Origin: Octopus sinensis
Lineage: Eukaryota
DNA: 64,000 nucleotides
NCBI RefSeq assembly: GCF_006345805.1
Contig: NC_043015.1
Location: forward strand, 34,286,001 to 34,350,000
Reading direction: 5' to 3'
Shown: one piece after another, positions 1 to 12,444 of the stretch
How positions within the stretch are numbered: position 1 is the stretch's first letter
Layout: each line of letters starts with the position of its first letter
Made by a program: the position numbers and the translations under genes
Notes under the pieces: generated by a model
Told to the model about the DNA's origin: nothing
The model's database searches: none
The model's input: the letters and a program-made list of their open reading frames with translations, nothing else

Positions 1-51
1 CTAAAACACGCACCTCTACACATACATACATACATGTGTACACACACACAA

Positions 52-116
<65 letters not shown>

Positions 117-225
117 CGATACATATAAAGGGTGAAATATAATTAATTTAATAAAATTAATAAATTTCACCTAGTAGTCTTTCGGTATGGAAAGGACCAT
201 ATTCGGTAAAACTTTATATATAACT

Positions 226-299
226 ATAATTATATAATTATATATATAATATATATATATAATATATATATAATATAATATATATATATATAATATTAT

Positions 300-379
<80 letters not shown>

Positions 380-380
380 T
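226..380. repeat. (TA)n microsatellite
   Basis: Read directly. Comparable large arrays: (TAT)n 3475-3537, (CT)n(CA)n 4375-4462, (CATA)n 17505-17670, (TA)n 20085-20350, (GA)n 36000-36061, (TATC)n 42830-42908, (TAA)n 48178-48232, (ATT)n 49195-49315. Confidence 0.95.
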
Positions 381-469
381 AGGGAGTAAGTATACACACA
401 CTCATGCCTACATACACGTATATGTATGTAAGTATCTATCTATCTATCTATCTATATATATATATACAC

Positions 470-700
470 TTTATTTAAAGCAGCAGAAAATTCAAAAAAC
501 CTGTTACTCTGAGTTTCACGTTACCGTTCGTCGGACAGTTTTTGCTAGCAAAAAACTGTCCGACGAACGGTAACGTGAAACTCAGAGTAACAGGTTTTGT
601 TGAATTTTCTGCTGCTTTAAATAAATCATATTACTCTACCACTGGTATTTGAGTACTCTTTTTTCCACCTTGTTTCACATTTATGTGTTTACTCCGGGAT
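470..700. mobile_element. Penelope-like terminal-repeat fragment with a 156-bp inverted duplication (470-625)
   Basis: Arms 470-546 and 547-625 are reverse complements with 2 single-base indels and centre GCT|AGC. Each arm carries a minimal hammerhead-like motif. Confidence 0.6.
552..598 (+). ncRNA. Minimal type I hammerhead-ribozyme-like motif (U4C variant); mirror copy on the - strand in the left arm
   Basis: AAAACTGT-CCGACGA-ACG(GTAA)CGT-GAAA-CTC(A)GAG-TA-ACAG(G)TTTT. Stems I, II and III all pair; the core deviates from CUGANGA only at position 4. Confidence 0.5.
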
Positions 701-714
701 ATATATATATATAA

Positions 715-888
715 TTATATAAATGCGACAGGCTTCTACACAGCTTCCTTCTAACAAATCCACCCAGAAGACATTGGTCGGTCCAGGCTTTAGTAGAAGA
801 CACTTGCCCGAGTGACATTGCAATTAGATTGAACCCGAAGCCAAGTGGTTGCAAAGCGAGATTCGAAACCCCAGCCATGCCCACAACC
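715..888 (-). mobile_element. tRNA-derived SINE, 5' part (same family as 32969-33367)
   Basis: Reverse complement shares GGGTTCA...GGGCAAGTGTCTTYTAC.ATAGCCT with the 32969 copy. Confidence 0.65.
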
Positions 889-1821
889 AAGTGTTTATAT
901 ACCGTGACACTCCTTCTATATATAAAAGCGCCTTTATATGTATAGGTATGTTTGTGTGCAAGTATGGTTTGTATGTGTGTTTATGTGTGAATGCGTACTG
1001 AATGTGTATATACATAATTAATTACTTTTCTTAACTGATTAACTTTTCTATATAATTGTGATGGCTCACTGGTCTATTGGCGGTATATTTTATATTCGCT
1101 ATATGTTCAGAGAATTACGTTTCTCATGATTAGTTGACGCGGGAGTGCGTAAGTGCGCGCGCGTGCGTGTGTGTGCGCGCACGTGTGTGTGTGTGTGTGT
1201 GTGTGTCCATAATTCTCTTTTTGTTACTTAGAAAACGTTGCGTTGATTGGAAGAAATTCAGAATAATTTTACAGTTTATTTGATATATTTATGGTTGATT
1301 TCTATTATGATATTATTAACAACTCAATGATTAAATATCGATTTTCTAGTTTATATTATGGTAGTGCATATTTCATAAGTTTTCATAACAATACGTGGGT
1401 GTGTGAGGATTTCTCTCGTCTGATGACTTTATAGTTTCTTATTACAAATGCATAGTTAATCTGGTTGCCTATGTTGTGCCAGTTTGACCTATATGCTAAA
1501 ATGAAGCTAACAAGAAACTTTGGCCTTTACAATTGACAAATAATATTTGATGGTCTTTGATGTTTTTACGTCAGTTTTATTAGTATCGACATTTGTAATA
1601 CTTGATATCGATATTGTTCTTGCAGTGAATCCCTCAAATTAGTCCTCATCCCGTAAACGCCTGATTAAAGGTTTTTCAAGCAATGACCATTCCGTTCTTT
1701 TATTCAGACTCAGTAACATGGCTGTCGTATCTAATATGTCCTTTCTGTTTTAAGATAATACGATGGGATTTCGAGATTTAACTACATGTATGTCTCTGAG
1801 AATGTATGTGTCTACGTACTA

Positions 1822-2165
1822 GACTGATGCTTATTTTCACGACCCCGAAAGGATAAAAGGCGAAGTCGACCTTGGCGGTATTTGAACTCAGAATGTAAAG
1901 ACGAACGATACGCGGCTAAGCATTGTGTCCAGCGTGCGAACGGTAATAAGGATAATAATCCTTTCTACTATAGACCCAAGGATGGAAATTTGAGGGCAGG
2001 GGGTTATTTGATAACATTGACTACAGTACTCGACTGGTACCTATTTTATCGACTCCGAAAAGATGAAAGTTCCGTTAGCGGAATTTGAACTCAGAACGTA
2101 AAGACGGACGAAATGCCGCTAAGCATTTTGCCTGGTGTGCTAACGATTCTGCCAGCTCGCCGCCT
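1822..2165 (-). mobile_element. Two adjacent copies of the most abundant SINE family in the window, CpG-retaining
   Basis: Both contain GACCCCGAAAGGAT.AAAGG...GAACTCAGAA.GTAAAGACG; the second ends CTGCCAGCTCGCCGCCT. The same family occurs at 38398, 41132, 47711, 48234 and 49060. Confidence 0.8.
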
Positions 2166-2439
2166 GATTAATAATGATAAAAATAACAAAAATCATCGAT
2201 ATAAGATAATAGTAAAAGTATAATAACAATAGAACCTCACCTGCAAAAAAGGTAGAGTTAGCGACCAGCATCACAAAAAGAATATAAAGAAAGAAAAGAA
2301 TGATAAAGAGAGAGACTTATGACAGATTTGTGGTATTCAACCGAAGAAAGACACAGCCTGACAGACGAGGCCACAATCGTTTAGTTCGGAAGCATTTGAC
2401 ATACAAACTTTATTTGCAGGGAGGTGGTTGCAGCGACCT

Positions 2440-3465
2440 AAGCGTCTCTCAAAAGTCCCGGTTTCGCGGCTCTACTGTGAGACATGTCACTGTGTGGAGT
2501 CGTTCCGCAGAACAATTCAATTGTATCCCTATTATTTCTACATTTCTTAAGGGCTTAAGGTTGGTTTCAGCAATAAACCTCATCCGATCGCCAGACCCCA
2601 CCCTATTAGGAATCTTGTTGCAACACTCTACATTATTATTGAAAATTCTCATTTGCAAAAAGATTAGATATCTTAACTGAAATATTCCTAAGCCTTGGAT
2701 GACTAAATAGTTTATGAATATAGGGAGGCATCATTGGGTTTATGATAGAGATACTATTGTTCAGAATCTAGGTCCAGCGTGATATCTAAAAAGTTGACTC
2801 TCTTGTTGCATGCCTTAAATGAAACAGAGAGGTTAAAATTCCCGAAGAAGTCCCGAAGTCGTTTCCTGAGTTCCTCCAGTTCGGACGGTGAACATCCAGA
2901 GACCGCAAGGAGAAGGTCATCTCCTTACAGACCCCCCACCCCGCCTCACCACCGGGCTTGGAAAACTCCACTTGAGTTTGTAAAGCAAAAACAGATCAAC
3001 CAAGTCCGTGTCTGTGATAATGGCAGTGGTAATGGTAGTGATGGGAATGATGTTGTTGACGATACTGGTGTAGCTGCTGTTGGGGGGGGGGGTGTAGTGT
3101 TTCTCAAAGGCATCTTCACCATATTTGCCAGGTTTTTGTGTTGGTGTGATTGTGTTTCTTTTTTAGGCCTGGTGACTTTTTTGCCATTTAGGCTCTACAT
3201 CGTTCCCTTTAATACAAGACATGTCTGAGTGGTCCGAAAAAGGGAGGGGGGTGTCTGGGGAAATGTTTTGCTGTTGTTCTGTTGATAAAGTTGTTGTTTT
3301 GAGGTTTTCTGAGCAAATGTCATTGTTATTTGCCCTAAGAGTAGAAAATATTTCTTTTTGAAATATTGAATAAAATTTAATATGGCATCGTCTTCGTCGT
3401 CGAACCAAGAAGGGACGAAAAAGTAGAAGGTGGTTTTGAAAGCAAATCTCAAGCCTTGTGCCAAC
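2440..3465 (-). mobile_element. Decayed Penelope-like element, RT region
   Basis: Minus frame reads GL*GDDLLLAVSGCSPSELEELRKRLRDFFGNFNLSVSFKACNKRVNFLDITLDLDSEQ*YLYHKPND, with DD at 2916-2921. This resembles PLE RT GLYRDDGL...VDFLDVT...YRKPND. In-frame stops are present; outer limits are approximate. Confidence 0.7.
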
Positions 3466-3471
3466 TGTAAA

Positions 3472-3521
<50 letters not shown>

Positions 3522-4377
3522 TATTATTATTATTATTCTATGTTTGACTTTTGCTTTACATTTGTACAAGTTGTACAAGATGGATGGAAGGATGGATGGA
3601 TATAACGTTTATAGTAGGAAGACAAACTCAGACCTAATTTGAACTGAGCAAGTAAATGTACAGACCTAATGTAGCATCCACTTTCACTCAGTCCCTTGGT
3701 GATTTTGCGTCATTAGTTGTGATGACTTCGTTGCCAACATTCTACTGATGTTCAGGCTGGGTGGGCATTAGTCACATCAGTGTCACTAGTCTGAGTAAGT
3801 CTGACCCTCCACTTTTCAACAAACATTGATCACATTTTTACCTCATACCAGATTTTAAAAACCAGAATATATTGTAAGAGTAATATACTGGGATCCATTC
3901 TGTTGACTTCAACACTCATCCAACCAATCGGTCTTTGTCTAACCGGAAGTAAAGTAAAAAAATACACTTTTATTTCAATAAAATTATTTTAAATCCTGAT
4001 AGCTCCAGGTTCACACAAATATTATCAAGAAATATGTTTAGCTTTTTTAGTAATTCTAAATCACCTGTGGAACTTGCAAAATGTCTGTTTATTCCTTAAT
4101 TTACTGAAGACTAATGGAAACATTGAGATTTTGATTTCAGCATTATAGTAATGTTATTTAAAGATATAATTAAAAGAGAAGGCAACACAACATGAACAGA
4201 AATTGGAAATATAAATCTTTGAATATATCTCCATGCAGACTAAACTATCGCCATGGAAACACTTTTTCTCTTCTTTTCTTTGTATCATCAATGCTTTTAG
4301 ACTTAGATATTTCTGGTAAATATTTTATCCATTTCTTCAATGGTGTTTATTGTTACATAGATATACAAGCTTAATCT

Positions 4378-4465
<88 letters not shown>

Positions 4466-4631
4466 TACCTTACATAAGTACAGGTTTTAAAGTAGAAAAG
4501 AAGGCGTGGCACTGCATGCCTCTGCATGATCATCAGATTTGTCACTGGTAATTTATATGATCACGTGATCATTAGGTTCAATAACGTGATTTTTAAGCAG
4601 TGAAGGAATCTTAAATCACCAACAGTTTATT

Positions 4632-4930
4632 TCCCTGTGGCTCAGTGGCTAGAGTGTCAGGTTTACAATCATGAGGTAGTGAGTTTGCTTCCTGGACCAG
4701 GCTGTGTGTTGTGTTCTTGAGCAAGACACTTTATTTCATGTTGCTCCAGTTTACTCAGCTGTAGAAATAAGATATGACATCAATGGTGCCAAGGTGTATC
4801 GGCCCCTTTCCCTTTCCCTTGGATAATATGGGTAGTGTGGAAAGGGGAGACTGATATTCATGGGCAACTCCTGGCCTACCACGAAAACGACCTTGGCCGG
4901 ACTTGTGCCTTGGAAGGGAACGTTCTAAGT
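4632..4930 (+). mobile_element. tRNA-headed SINE
   Basis: A box TGGCTCAGTGG and a degenerate B box, followed by TGTGTYCTTGAGCAAGACACTTTA...TTGCTCCAGT, which is shared with 53760-54066. Confidence 0.65.
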
Positions 4931-4989
4931 GCCATCTGAAGGGGGTCTCAAAATAAATGGTATCTACTTAACAGATGTACACACATTCA

Positions 4990-5400
4990 TACATTTGTAG
5001 TTGTATTCACACATATGCACTCGATTACCTTATCCACCCATTTCTCCGCTCAAAGTAAAAGGTAGACTGTATGACACATGGGTACGAACAGCCGTGCTAC
5101 ATGGCAGTGAAACATGGGCCATGACTGCTGAGGACATGCGTAAGCTCGCAAGGAATGAAGCCAGTATGCTCCGATGGATGTGTAATGTCAGTGTGCATAC
5201 TCGACAGAGTGTTAGTGCCTTGAGAAAAAAGTTGGACCTAAGAAGCATCAGATGTAGTGTGCAAGAGAGACGGTATGGTTATGTGGCGAGAATGGATGTG
5301 GATAGCTTTGTGAAAAAGTGCCACACCCTAGTGGTTGAGGGAACCTGTGGAAGAGGTAGACCCAGGAAGACCTGAGATGAAGTGGCTATCATGAGTTGGA
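4990..5400 (+). mobile_element. RTE-clade LINE, 3' ORF fragment
   Basis: KGRLYDTWVRTAVLHGSETWAMTAEDMRKL...RWMCNVS...GRGRPRKT* is a typical RTE C-terminus (YGSETW, GRGRPRKTW). Confidence 0.85.
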
Positions 5401-7659
5401 CGATTTGCACACTACACTCAAAAGCATACACTAACACTGAACCATTCTAACGAATTTCTAACTGCATAAATTCCCCTACTTATTAATTCCGTGTAATATA
5501 CAAAGCATTTTTAATGTCATCACAGTGTATCAAAGCTAACTACATGGACCTTACCACATACATATTCAAAATCCATTATAACTACCATTCATACTAATTC
5601 AGCTCAAAGGACGAGAAAATTCTGTTGTTCTAAGAAATAACTTCAGAATTTTCTGGGGAAACAGTTTGTTATGGGTCTCAAATGAAAGTAATGTTTACCT
5701 TTAAATATAGCTTCACATCCCAAAAAAACTAACAGCCATCATAAAGGTGTATGTATGATTAGTAGCTGTTAATATCATATTATTCCTTCTAGGTCATAAT
5801 CTACCTTCCATACAAATGGTTAGAATTTATTACTGAATAAAATTAAAGAATTACTGAAAGGACAAGTCAGTTTCAAGTAAGCTACAAATCAGAATATTTC
5901 TGAATATGTGTAATTTGCCTCTTGGTTTATTCTTATTTAAGCCATATATATATGCTGTTTGTCCTCTACCTGTCTAACTTCACAGGAACTGTCTAACATC
6001 AAATTTTGAGACTATGTCTATCTTAACATCTTCAGAGATAGTCTATTGTAAACTTGCAAACAGCCTAACCTTCAGACATATTTGTCATAACCTCATCAAA
6101 CTATCTTTTTCATCTATTTCAGGTTGAGTCTATCTTTATATTTAGTTCTCACATTAACTGTGCCTAACTTTATATCTCTTTAGTCCTCCTCTTAATATTC
6201 AAACTTTATGAATGTCTGGGAACCTGAATTATCAAAGCTTGAATCAATATAAAACTCAATTGGTTGGATGTGTCTAGTCAACCATATGATGGATCTGTTT
6301 GATAAGCATTCACAAGATGGATCAACTAAAATATCTATTTCAGAGATAAAGTATTTAAGAATATAATGTGGTTGCACAAATTTTCTCTGACAATAGAGCA
6401 TCATAAGTGAATCAATAATCATATTTATAGAATGTTATAACAGTTTAAAGTTGGATAAACAAGACAGTTCAGAAAACAATGGTCGCTATGTGGTCATTTC
6501 ACCTGCTACAAATGGCAGCCAAATCTTCCTCAAATTGCACTTTTCTGTCTTGAAAATGGAAGGAAATATATAATATATTCTTAAATATGCAATGACTGAA
6601 AGAATTATGAAGATGGTCATGGATAGAATACCTTTGATCACAGGTCTGCTTAGTCAAGACTAACATGTTGCTAAACAACAACAACAATAACAAAAGCAAT
6701 GCCAAAACTGTGTTTTGAAAAATAGCACAGTGAACATTGGTGTAAGTAGGTGATTGCCTCGAATGCTTCATGTGAAACAGGTTAAGAATAGAACAAAGAT
6801 TGTTACAAAGACATTGAAGTTATTGGTAGAGCTTTAAATATCTTCTGATCAATATTGGTTTCTTTTGTCAAGGCACAAACACCTTATATAGATATTGGAT
6901 GTTGTCACGTTATGTCATTCTTAAGAAGTATTTTCAGAATATGTGATGTGGAATAGTTTCTGCCAAGAATAGAAATTGCATCAAAGCTGGCTCTCAGATA
7001 GCTTACAGTTAACTCTTCTTCAGCACTAGCTATATTCCCTGCAGAAGAGGAATTTCACACAGAAATCTTTGACAAACTGATAATTATGCTTATTTAATAC
7101 AGCATGAAATGTAGCATTCTGGAAATGCTGTAATTTCTGCAGACTTAATCTAAAGAAGCCATCTAAATTAATAAGTCTCTGCAAAGTCAGCTTAGAACCC
7201 ACGGATGTTAAACAATGATGACGATGTTGATGATGATGAGGATGATATATATAGTAGATGAAATCCAGGGTACATATGTTTACATCCATTTTCAATCAAA
7301 TTTCCTGCAAGTCAACATGGGATCCTTTGTTGATAATGTTAACTTCTTTTGATTAATGTATCTTTGGCTCGACAAGTAGCTAGCAGATTACCCCTCATCT
7401 GGATAATTACTACTTTTGAGGTTCTGTTAGCTATAAAACATATGTAGCCTGGATTTTATCAACCCCATTCCCTAATTTTGGATTTCTATTCACACAGACA
7501 GCAACCCTTGCTGCTAACTATAAGCTATAAATTAATTTTTTCAGCTTATCAAACTTTGATACAGGAAAATTTACAACCTTCTTTGTTCCTGAAAGTTGTT
7601 TTTTATACCTTCTACAGACTGCTTCGGCTTACTGTCTTCCTATACCTTAACCTTTGGAT

Positions 7660-8278
7660 CTGAGCTTTACATATATAGTAATATATATAGTAAATTAATT
7701 TGGTCTCTAAAGGAACATAATAATCAATTTGATTTGGAATGGAATATTCTATCTAGATCCTTTCCTTATGATAAAGGTAAATCATTTTGTTCACTCTGTT
7801 TAAAGAATGTTGTTTATCATTGCAAACATTGGTAAAAATATACCTTTAGTTCCTATAAGTGAATTCTACCAGTCTATAAAATTCAATCTTTAACTGTCTT
7901 CTTACATTTCACTTCCACTAAATATATCTATTTCCACACCTTTAATTTTTATTCCTATTCACCTATTGAACTATATTTCTCCACTTTTAGTTTTCTGTTC
8001 ATTTCTTTATTCCTCCTCCTTCTCTTTCTATAAATTTCTTTTGATGTTATATCTATTAACGGTTTTTTTTTTTAATAACTTACCAGCATTCCCTTCATCC
8101 TATTTGCAGTAATCACATTTGGTTGAACCATCTTATTGATGTGTTTTGTTTCTCTTTCTTTCCCTGATGAGAAGATCACATTGTTTTACATCATTTTATT
8201 CCTTCTGGAATAATACCAATGTCTTCTTCGAAACATGCTGGAAGTATAAAGATTTGAATAACACCTGTGTTTAACTCC

Positions 8279-8280
<2 letters not shown>
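7660..8280 (+). mobile_element. Penelope-like element 3' end: GIY-YIG endonuclease C-terminus plus terminal repeat
   Basis: SKLIWSLKEHNNQFDLEWNILSRSFPYDKGKSFCSLCL resembles the PLE motif SKYIW.LK...W.IL..A.PY....C.LCL. A hammerhead motif follows downstream. Confidence 0.75.
8159..8244 (+). ncRNA. Type I hammerhead-ribozyme motif in the Penelope 3' repeat
   Basis: TTTCC-CTGATGA(8164-8170)-GAAGA..49-nt loop..TCTTC-GAAA(8230-8233)-CATG-CT-GGAAG. Stems I and II pair; position 16.1 is C rather than U. Confidence 0.55.
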
Positions 8281-8312
<32 letters not shown>

Positions 8313-8499
8313 TGATGTGTACAAGAAGATGTTCATAATCCGGTCTGTTTCCTGTAGAGCTGTTAATTAGCTAATTACATTGAGTAGTGTTACCAGTTAC
8401 GAGTTACTGAACAAATGTAGGAAAAATAAGGATAAAAGTAGGTTTATATTAAAGTTTCTGGATGGTTGTTTGGAGCCCTACAAAGTAAGTTCCAAATGC

Positions 8500-8750
8500 A
8501 TATTGATGCTCAACCACAACAGATCCTCAGGGAACACTTCTATTGTATTAAGAACTTTCAAGGATTCCATTCAAGGGTTCCAAACAACCATTATATCCTG
8601 GATGAAACCTCTCTTCTTGGCTTTTGTTGATTTGGAAATGTTTAACAAGGTCTATTCAATAAATTGGTGGTCCCTAAAGAAACATGATGCAGACAAATGG
8701 CTTGCAAGAGCTGCACAGGCTATAAACAAAGATGCAACATCATCTCTACA
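8500..8750 (+). mobile_element. RTE LINE RT fragment
   Basis: KPLFLAFVDLEMFNKV..INWWSLKKHDADKWLARAAQAINKDA resembles KPLYLAFVDLEKAFDRV..IWW.LRK.G..EWLVRAVQAMY. Confidence 0.7.
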
Positions 8751-8769
8751 GACCTAGTAATATTTCTAT

Positions 8770-9960
8770 TGATGGAATGTTTTCGCTATAATGACAGCTA
8801 ACAGCAATATCATCTCCATAACAACAATATTTGTTCCAAAACGATAATATTATATCAGTAGCAACAACATTATCTCCATAACAAAACATCATCTCTTTAA
8901 TAATAGCTAATATTATTTCCAAGACAACACATCTCTATAACAAAGAAAAATGATGTCTTTAGCGATAGTATCTGTAATACAATAATACTATGACAATAAC
9001 AAAAATATTATCACCATAATCACTCTATTATTTCTATAGCAACAATATTATCACAGTAACAATAATGCTATATTTATATAACAATATTACCTCCATAACA
9101 AAATGTATTATATCTATAAAAACATAACTGGCTCTGTAACTGTTATAACTACTCCATAAAAATAGAATTTTCTCCATAAAGAGAATATTATCTCTTAAAA
9201 ACAGGGTTATCTCTATAAGAAAATATTATCTCCATAACAATATTAACTCTATACCAACATCATTACCTCTATAATATTTTGTTTTAACCACCGAAATAAT
9301 AATTGTTATCTTCAAAACAACAATATTATCTTTATAATAAAAGTATTATGTTTTTGTTGCATCTCAGCAGATTCTTTCTGCCAACAATAAACTCATGCAC
9401 AGGTTCTATTTCACTTCTTTATAGTTTGTCAATTGGTTAACTATTTAACCAATTAATCGGTTGATTGTTTGATTGATTGATCAGTCAATCAATCAGTCAA
9501 TTAGCATTGAGATGGCTCTTTCATTGTCATTTGCAACCTCATCAATGATATGCCCTAACAATATTATATCCCTAAAAACAATTTTTATCTATAACTAGAA
9601 TATCATCTACATAACAAAACTATTAAAACATTATTATTTCCACAACAGCCATATTATCCCTATAACAACAATTCTATCTCTACAATAACAATATTATTGC
9701 CATAGCAATATTAACTCCATAGCAATATTATTTCTAAAATGCCAATATTATATTTATAACAACTACAGTATTTCCATAACAGCAAAATTATTGCTATAAA
9801 AGTAATATTAAGTCTAGGTCAACGATATCATATCCAGAACAATAATACTATCTCCATAATAACAAAAGTATTTCCATAACAATGATATCCATATCAATAT
9901 CTCTATACCATTAGTATGATCTTCATAGCAACAATACTTTCCCTATAACAATGGTGTGAT
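8770..9960. repeat. Degenerate ~20-bp minisatellite (consensus ATAACAACAATATTATCTCC)
   Basis: Recurrent ccataacaacaatattatct units with ~20-bp periodicity, interrupted at about 9350-9540. Confidence 0.8.
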
Positions 9961-11399
9961 TATGAACACTAGTTGAATACTGCAGCACAAAATGTGTCCT
10001 CCTGGTAAAGGCAGAAAATAAAACAGTTCATTCTTATATCTGAAGACAACTCTGCTTGTTAACCTCCACCAACAATTTGGGAGAAATCTGAACATAGAAA
10101 CTTTCCACTTTCCTCATCTCTAGATTGAAGGTCCTACGAACCACATCAAAATGGAGCCAATCATGTGACTGTGGTGGTTAATTAAGGAAACGTTATGACT
10201 GAGATTATTAAGGATTGATTGATTAGTAAATGGAATAATTATTTCTTGCTTACTTCAGATAGAAAAACTGCTAAAAATCATTTGTGAATTTCAATGTTCT
10301 GATGTGTTTCTAATTAGATACAGATCATTACGAGTTTAATATTTCTTTCAGCCCCTTAACATCACACAGGCCCTCTAGTGACGGCAAATAGATACGAAAT
10401 AAATCTATAATTACGATAGGTGTTATAGATTTTTATTTCCTGTACTTAGGAGCAGTAACCTCACAGTACAATTCACCACAAAGCAGGGTCAAACCAGTCA
10501 ATTATTGGTTCATTACATTATCAAAGTTGAGCCTGATAATAGGTGCTTGTATATTCATTATTTAAACGTTTCTGTCCCATCTTCTGAGATGGTGTCAATT
10601 GCTTCTTCTGTGAGTTTGTTCAATAAGGTTATAACCAAATGCAGATAGTTTTCATTCAAGCTGTGGATTTGGCATCAAACCAGACACAGAAGTGAGTGTA
10701 CAGGTGTTAAAAGTACCAGTTTTTGTGCAATAACATCTTTCAGTACTGCACATGTAGCATAATTCTGCACACCAGCAGGCAGTAGTTTGTGTGTGTATTA
10801 GAGAGTACTGTTGTTATATTATCTCCTGTAATGTAGGTTGTTCACGGTAGACATTTTGAGCAATCTCTACATTGGTCCTGAGAGTGGATGTTTGGACGAA
10901 GTTCAAACAACCAAGTCAGATTTGTGAATCATTCCTTCAGAACTTATTCAAACTTTTGTTTTGCAGTGTTTTCTCATTTCTCATTTCAAGTTTTATGTAA
11001 CCTGGCAGTTCATTTCAAAACTCTGCTGCACAAAGGGGAAATGTATTCTAAGTTCACATTCTTGTGAATTCATTGGCTATAACCAATTCTCTGGTTATAA
11101 CAACACTCCTTAATCCATATTCTTAAGAAAGTAGCATATAATTCCAGCTGTTTAATTCAAAATTTGATGGAGTTCTTTTCCAATATAAAGTAATTGCTTG
11201 GCATTTTGATGGTTCAAATGTTACTTTTAAGTCTAGGTTTTCCTAATGATAAATACAAAAGCCAGGATTTAAAACCAGAAGTCATAGAAAGCACTAACAC
11301 ATTTGCTCAGCTGATATCAGTTGCATATTCTTGTACAAACGGAAGTAACTAGTTTTGTGAGAAAAATAAAACAGAATTTTAATTAGAAAAAAGTATATT

Positions 11400-11770
11400 C
11401 TTTGACAGGGGAATACTTTGACAGAAACAGTGTGACAGAGATTCTGTGACATAAATATTGAGAAAAAGATTCCGTAACAGAGGTAGTATGATAGAGATAA
11501 GTGGTAGAGATAGTATGACATAGATAATGTGACAAAGATACTGCACAAGAGATACTATGACAGAAATACTGTGATAGAGATACTATGATCAAGTTACTGC
11601 GTCACAAATATTGTAAGACATATTTTATTGCAGTGATAGTGACAGAGATATGGTGGTAGAACTGCTGAGATAAGTATTCTGGAATGGAAGATATTGTAGC
11701 AGAGATATTCTGAAAGAAATAAAATGACAGAAATATTTTGACATTGATATTTTAATTCTAGAACTATTTA
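11400..11770. repeat. Degenerate 14-bp minisatellite (consensus GACAGAGATACTGT)
   Basis: Consecutive 14-mers such as gacagaaacagtgt gacagagattctgt gacataaatattga. Confidence 0.8.
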
Positions 11771-12444
11771 GAATTATCAAAACCATCTCTTTAAATACAA
11801 ATTCAATTTGTTTTAGAGAAATTCTTGTCAAGATAAAATGATTCTAAATAATCTTCTATCCCTACCAATCTTGCCACTTCAGAAAATGTCAATAGAACTT
11901 CTGGTTTTATCAAATTTTTCATAAATAATTCATGTCATTTCCTCTGGTGTGATGGTCATCAAAATCGAAGTTACTTTATTGATTTTGGTCAATGGTTAAT
12001 AGCATCTCAGTCAAATGGAAGAGAAGTCTTTGATCAACCTCTTTTGATTCAATAATTCCACATCATGATGTTTGATCCTTCTCCGAGAGGTCCGAAAATG
12101 GGTGCAGCTGAATGAAATTAATTTCAACATGATTGGAATTATTTATATCTTTATTAATTTCTCTTTGGGTTCCAGCTTGTACATATTTATATACAGGTCT
12201 TGGAAATTGTGGTCTCTAAGGAATCTGGAAACAATCAAAAGTGTGTGTGTGTGTATGTGTGTGCATGCTTGCACACACACACACACACACATGCACGCTT
12301 TATGTTGTGAGGTATGTAGATAAAGGTGGGTTGTGAATTAGAAGTTGACCTGAGTGAAAGAAACTAAATTCATTTTCAAAACTGTTGATAAAAGGGATCT
12401 GATGTCATACATCTATGGTTCCTAGAAGCTGACCGAATTACAAT

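Noticed and set aside
171-401. ORFs rich in YI, CV, HT, RE, poly-H, poly-D, poly-M or poly-I (e.g. 171, 15875, 17456-17952, 19523-20501, 24212-24526, 26659, 44722-45026, 46024-46525, 49115-49412)
   Set aside because: They are translations of di-, tri- and tetranucleotide microsatellites, with no splice context or domain.
2779-3228. 149-aa plus-strand ORF
   Set aside because: It is the antisense frame of the decayed Penelope RT on the minus strand.
4632-4705. tRNA gene
   Set aside because: The B box is degenerate, no cloverleaf forms, and the sequence continues into a SINE body shared with 53760.
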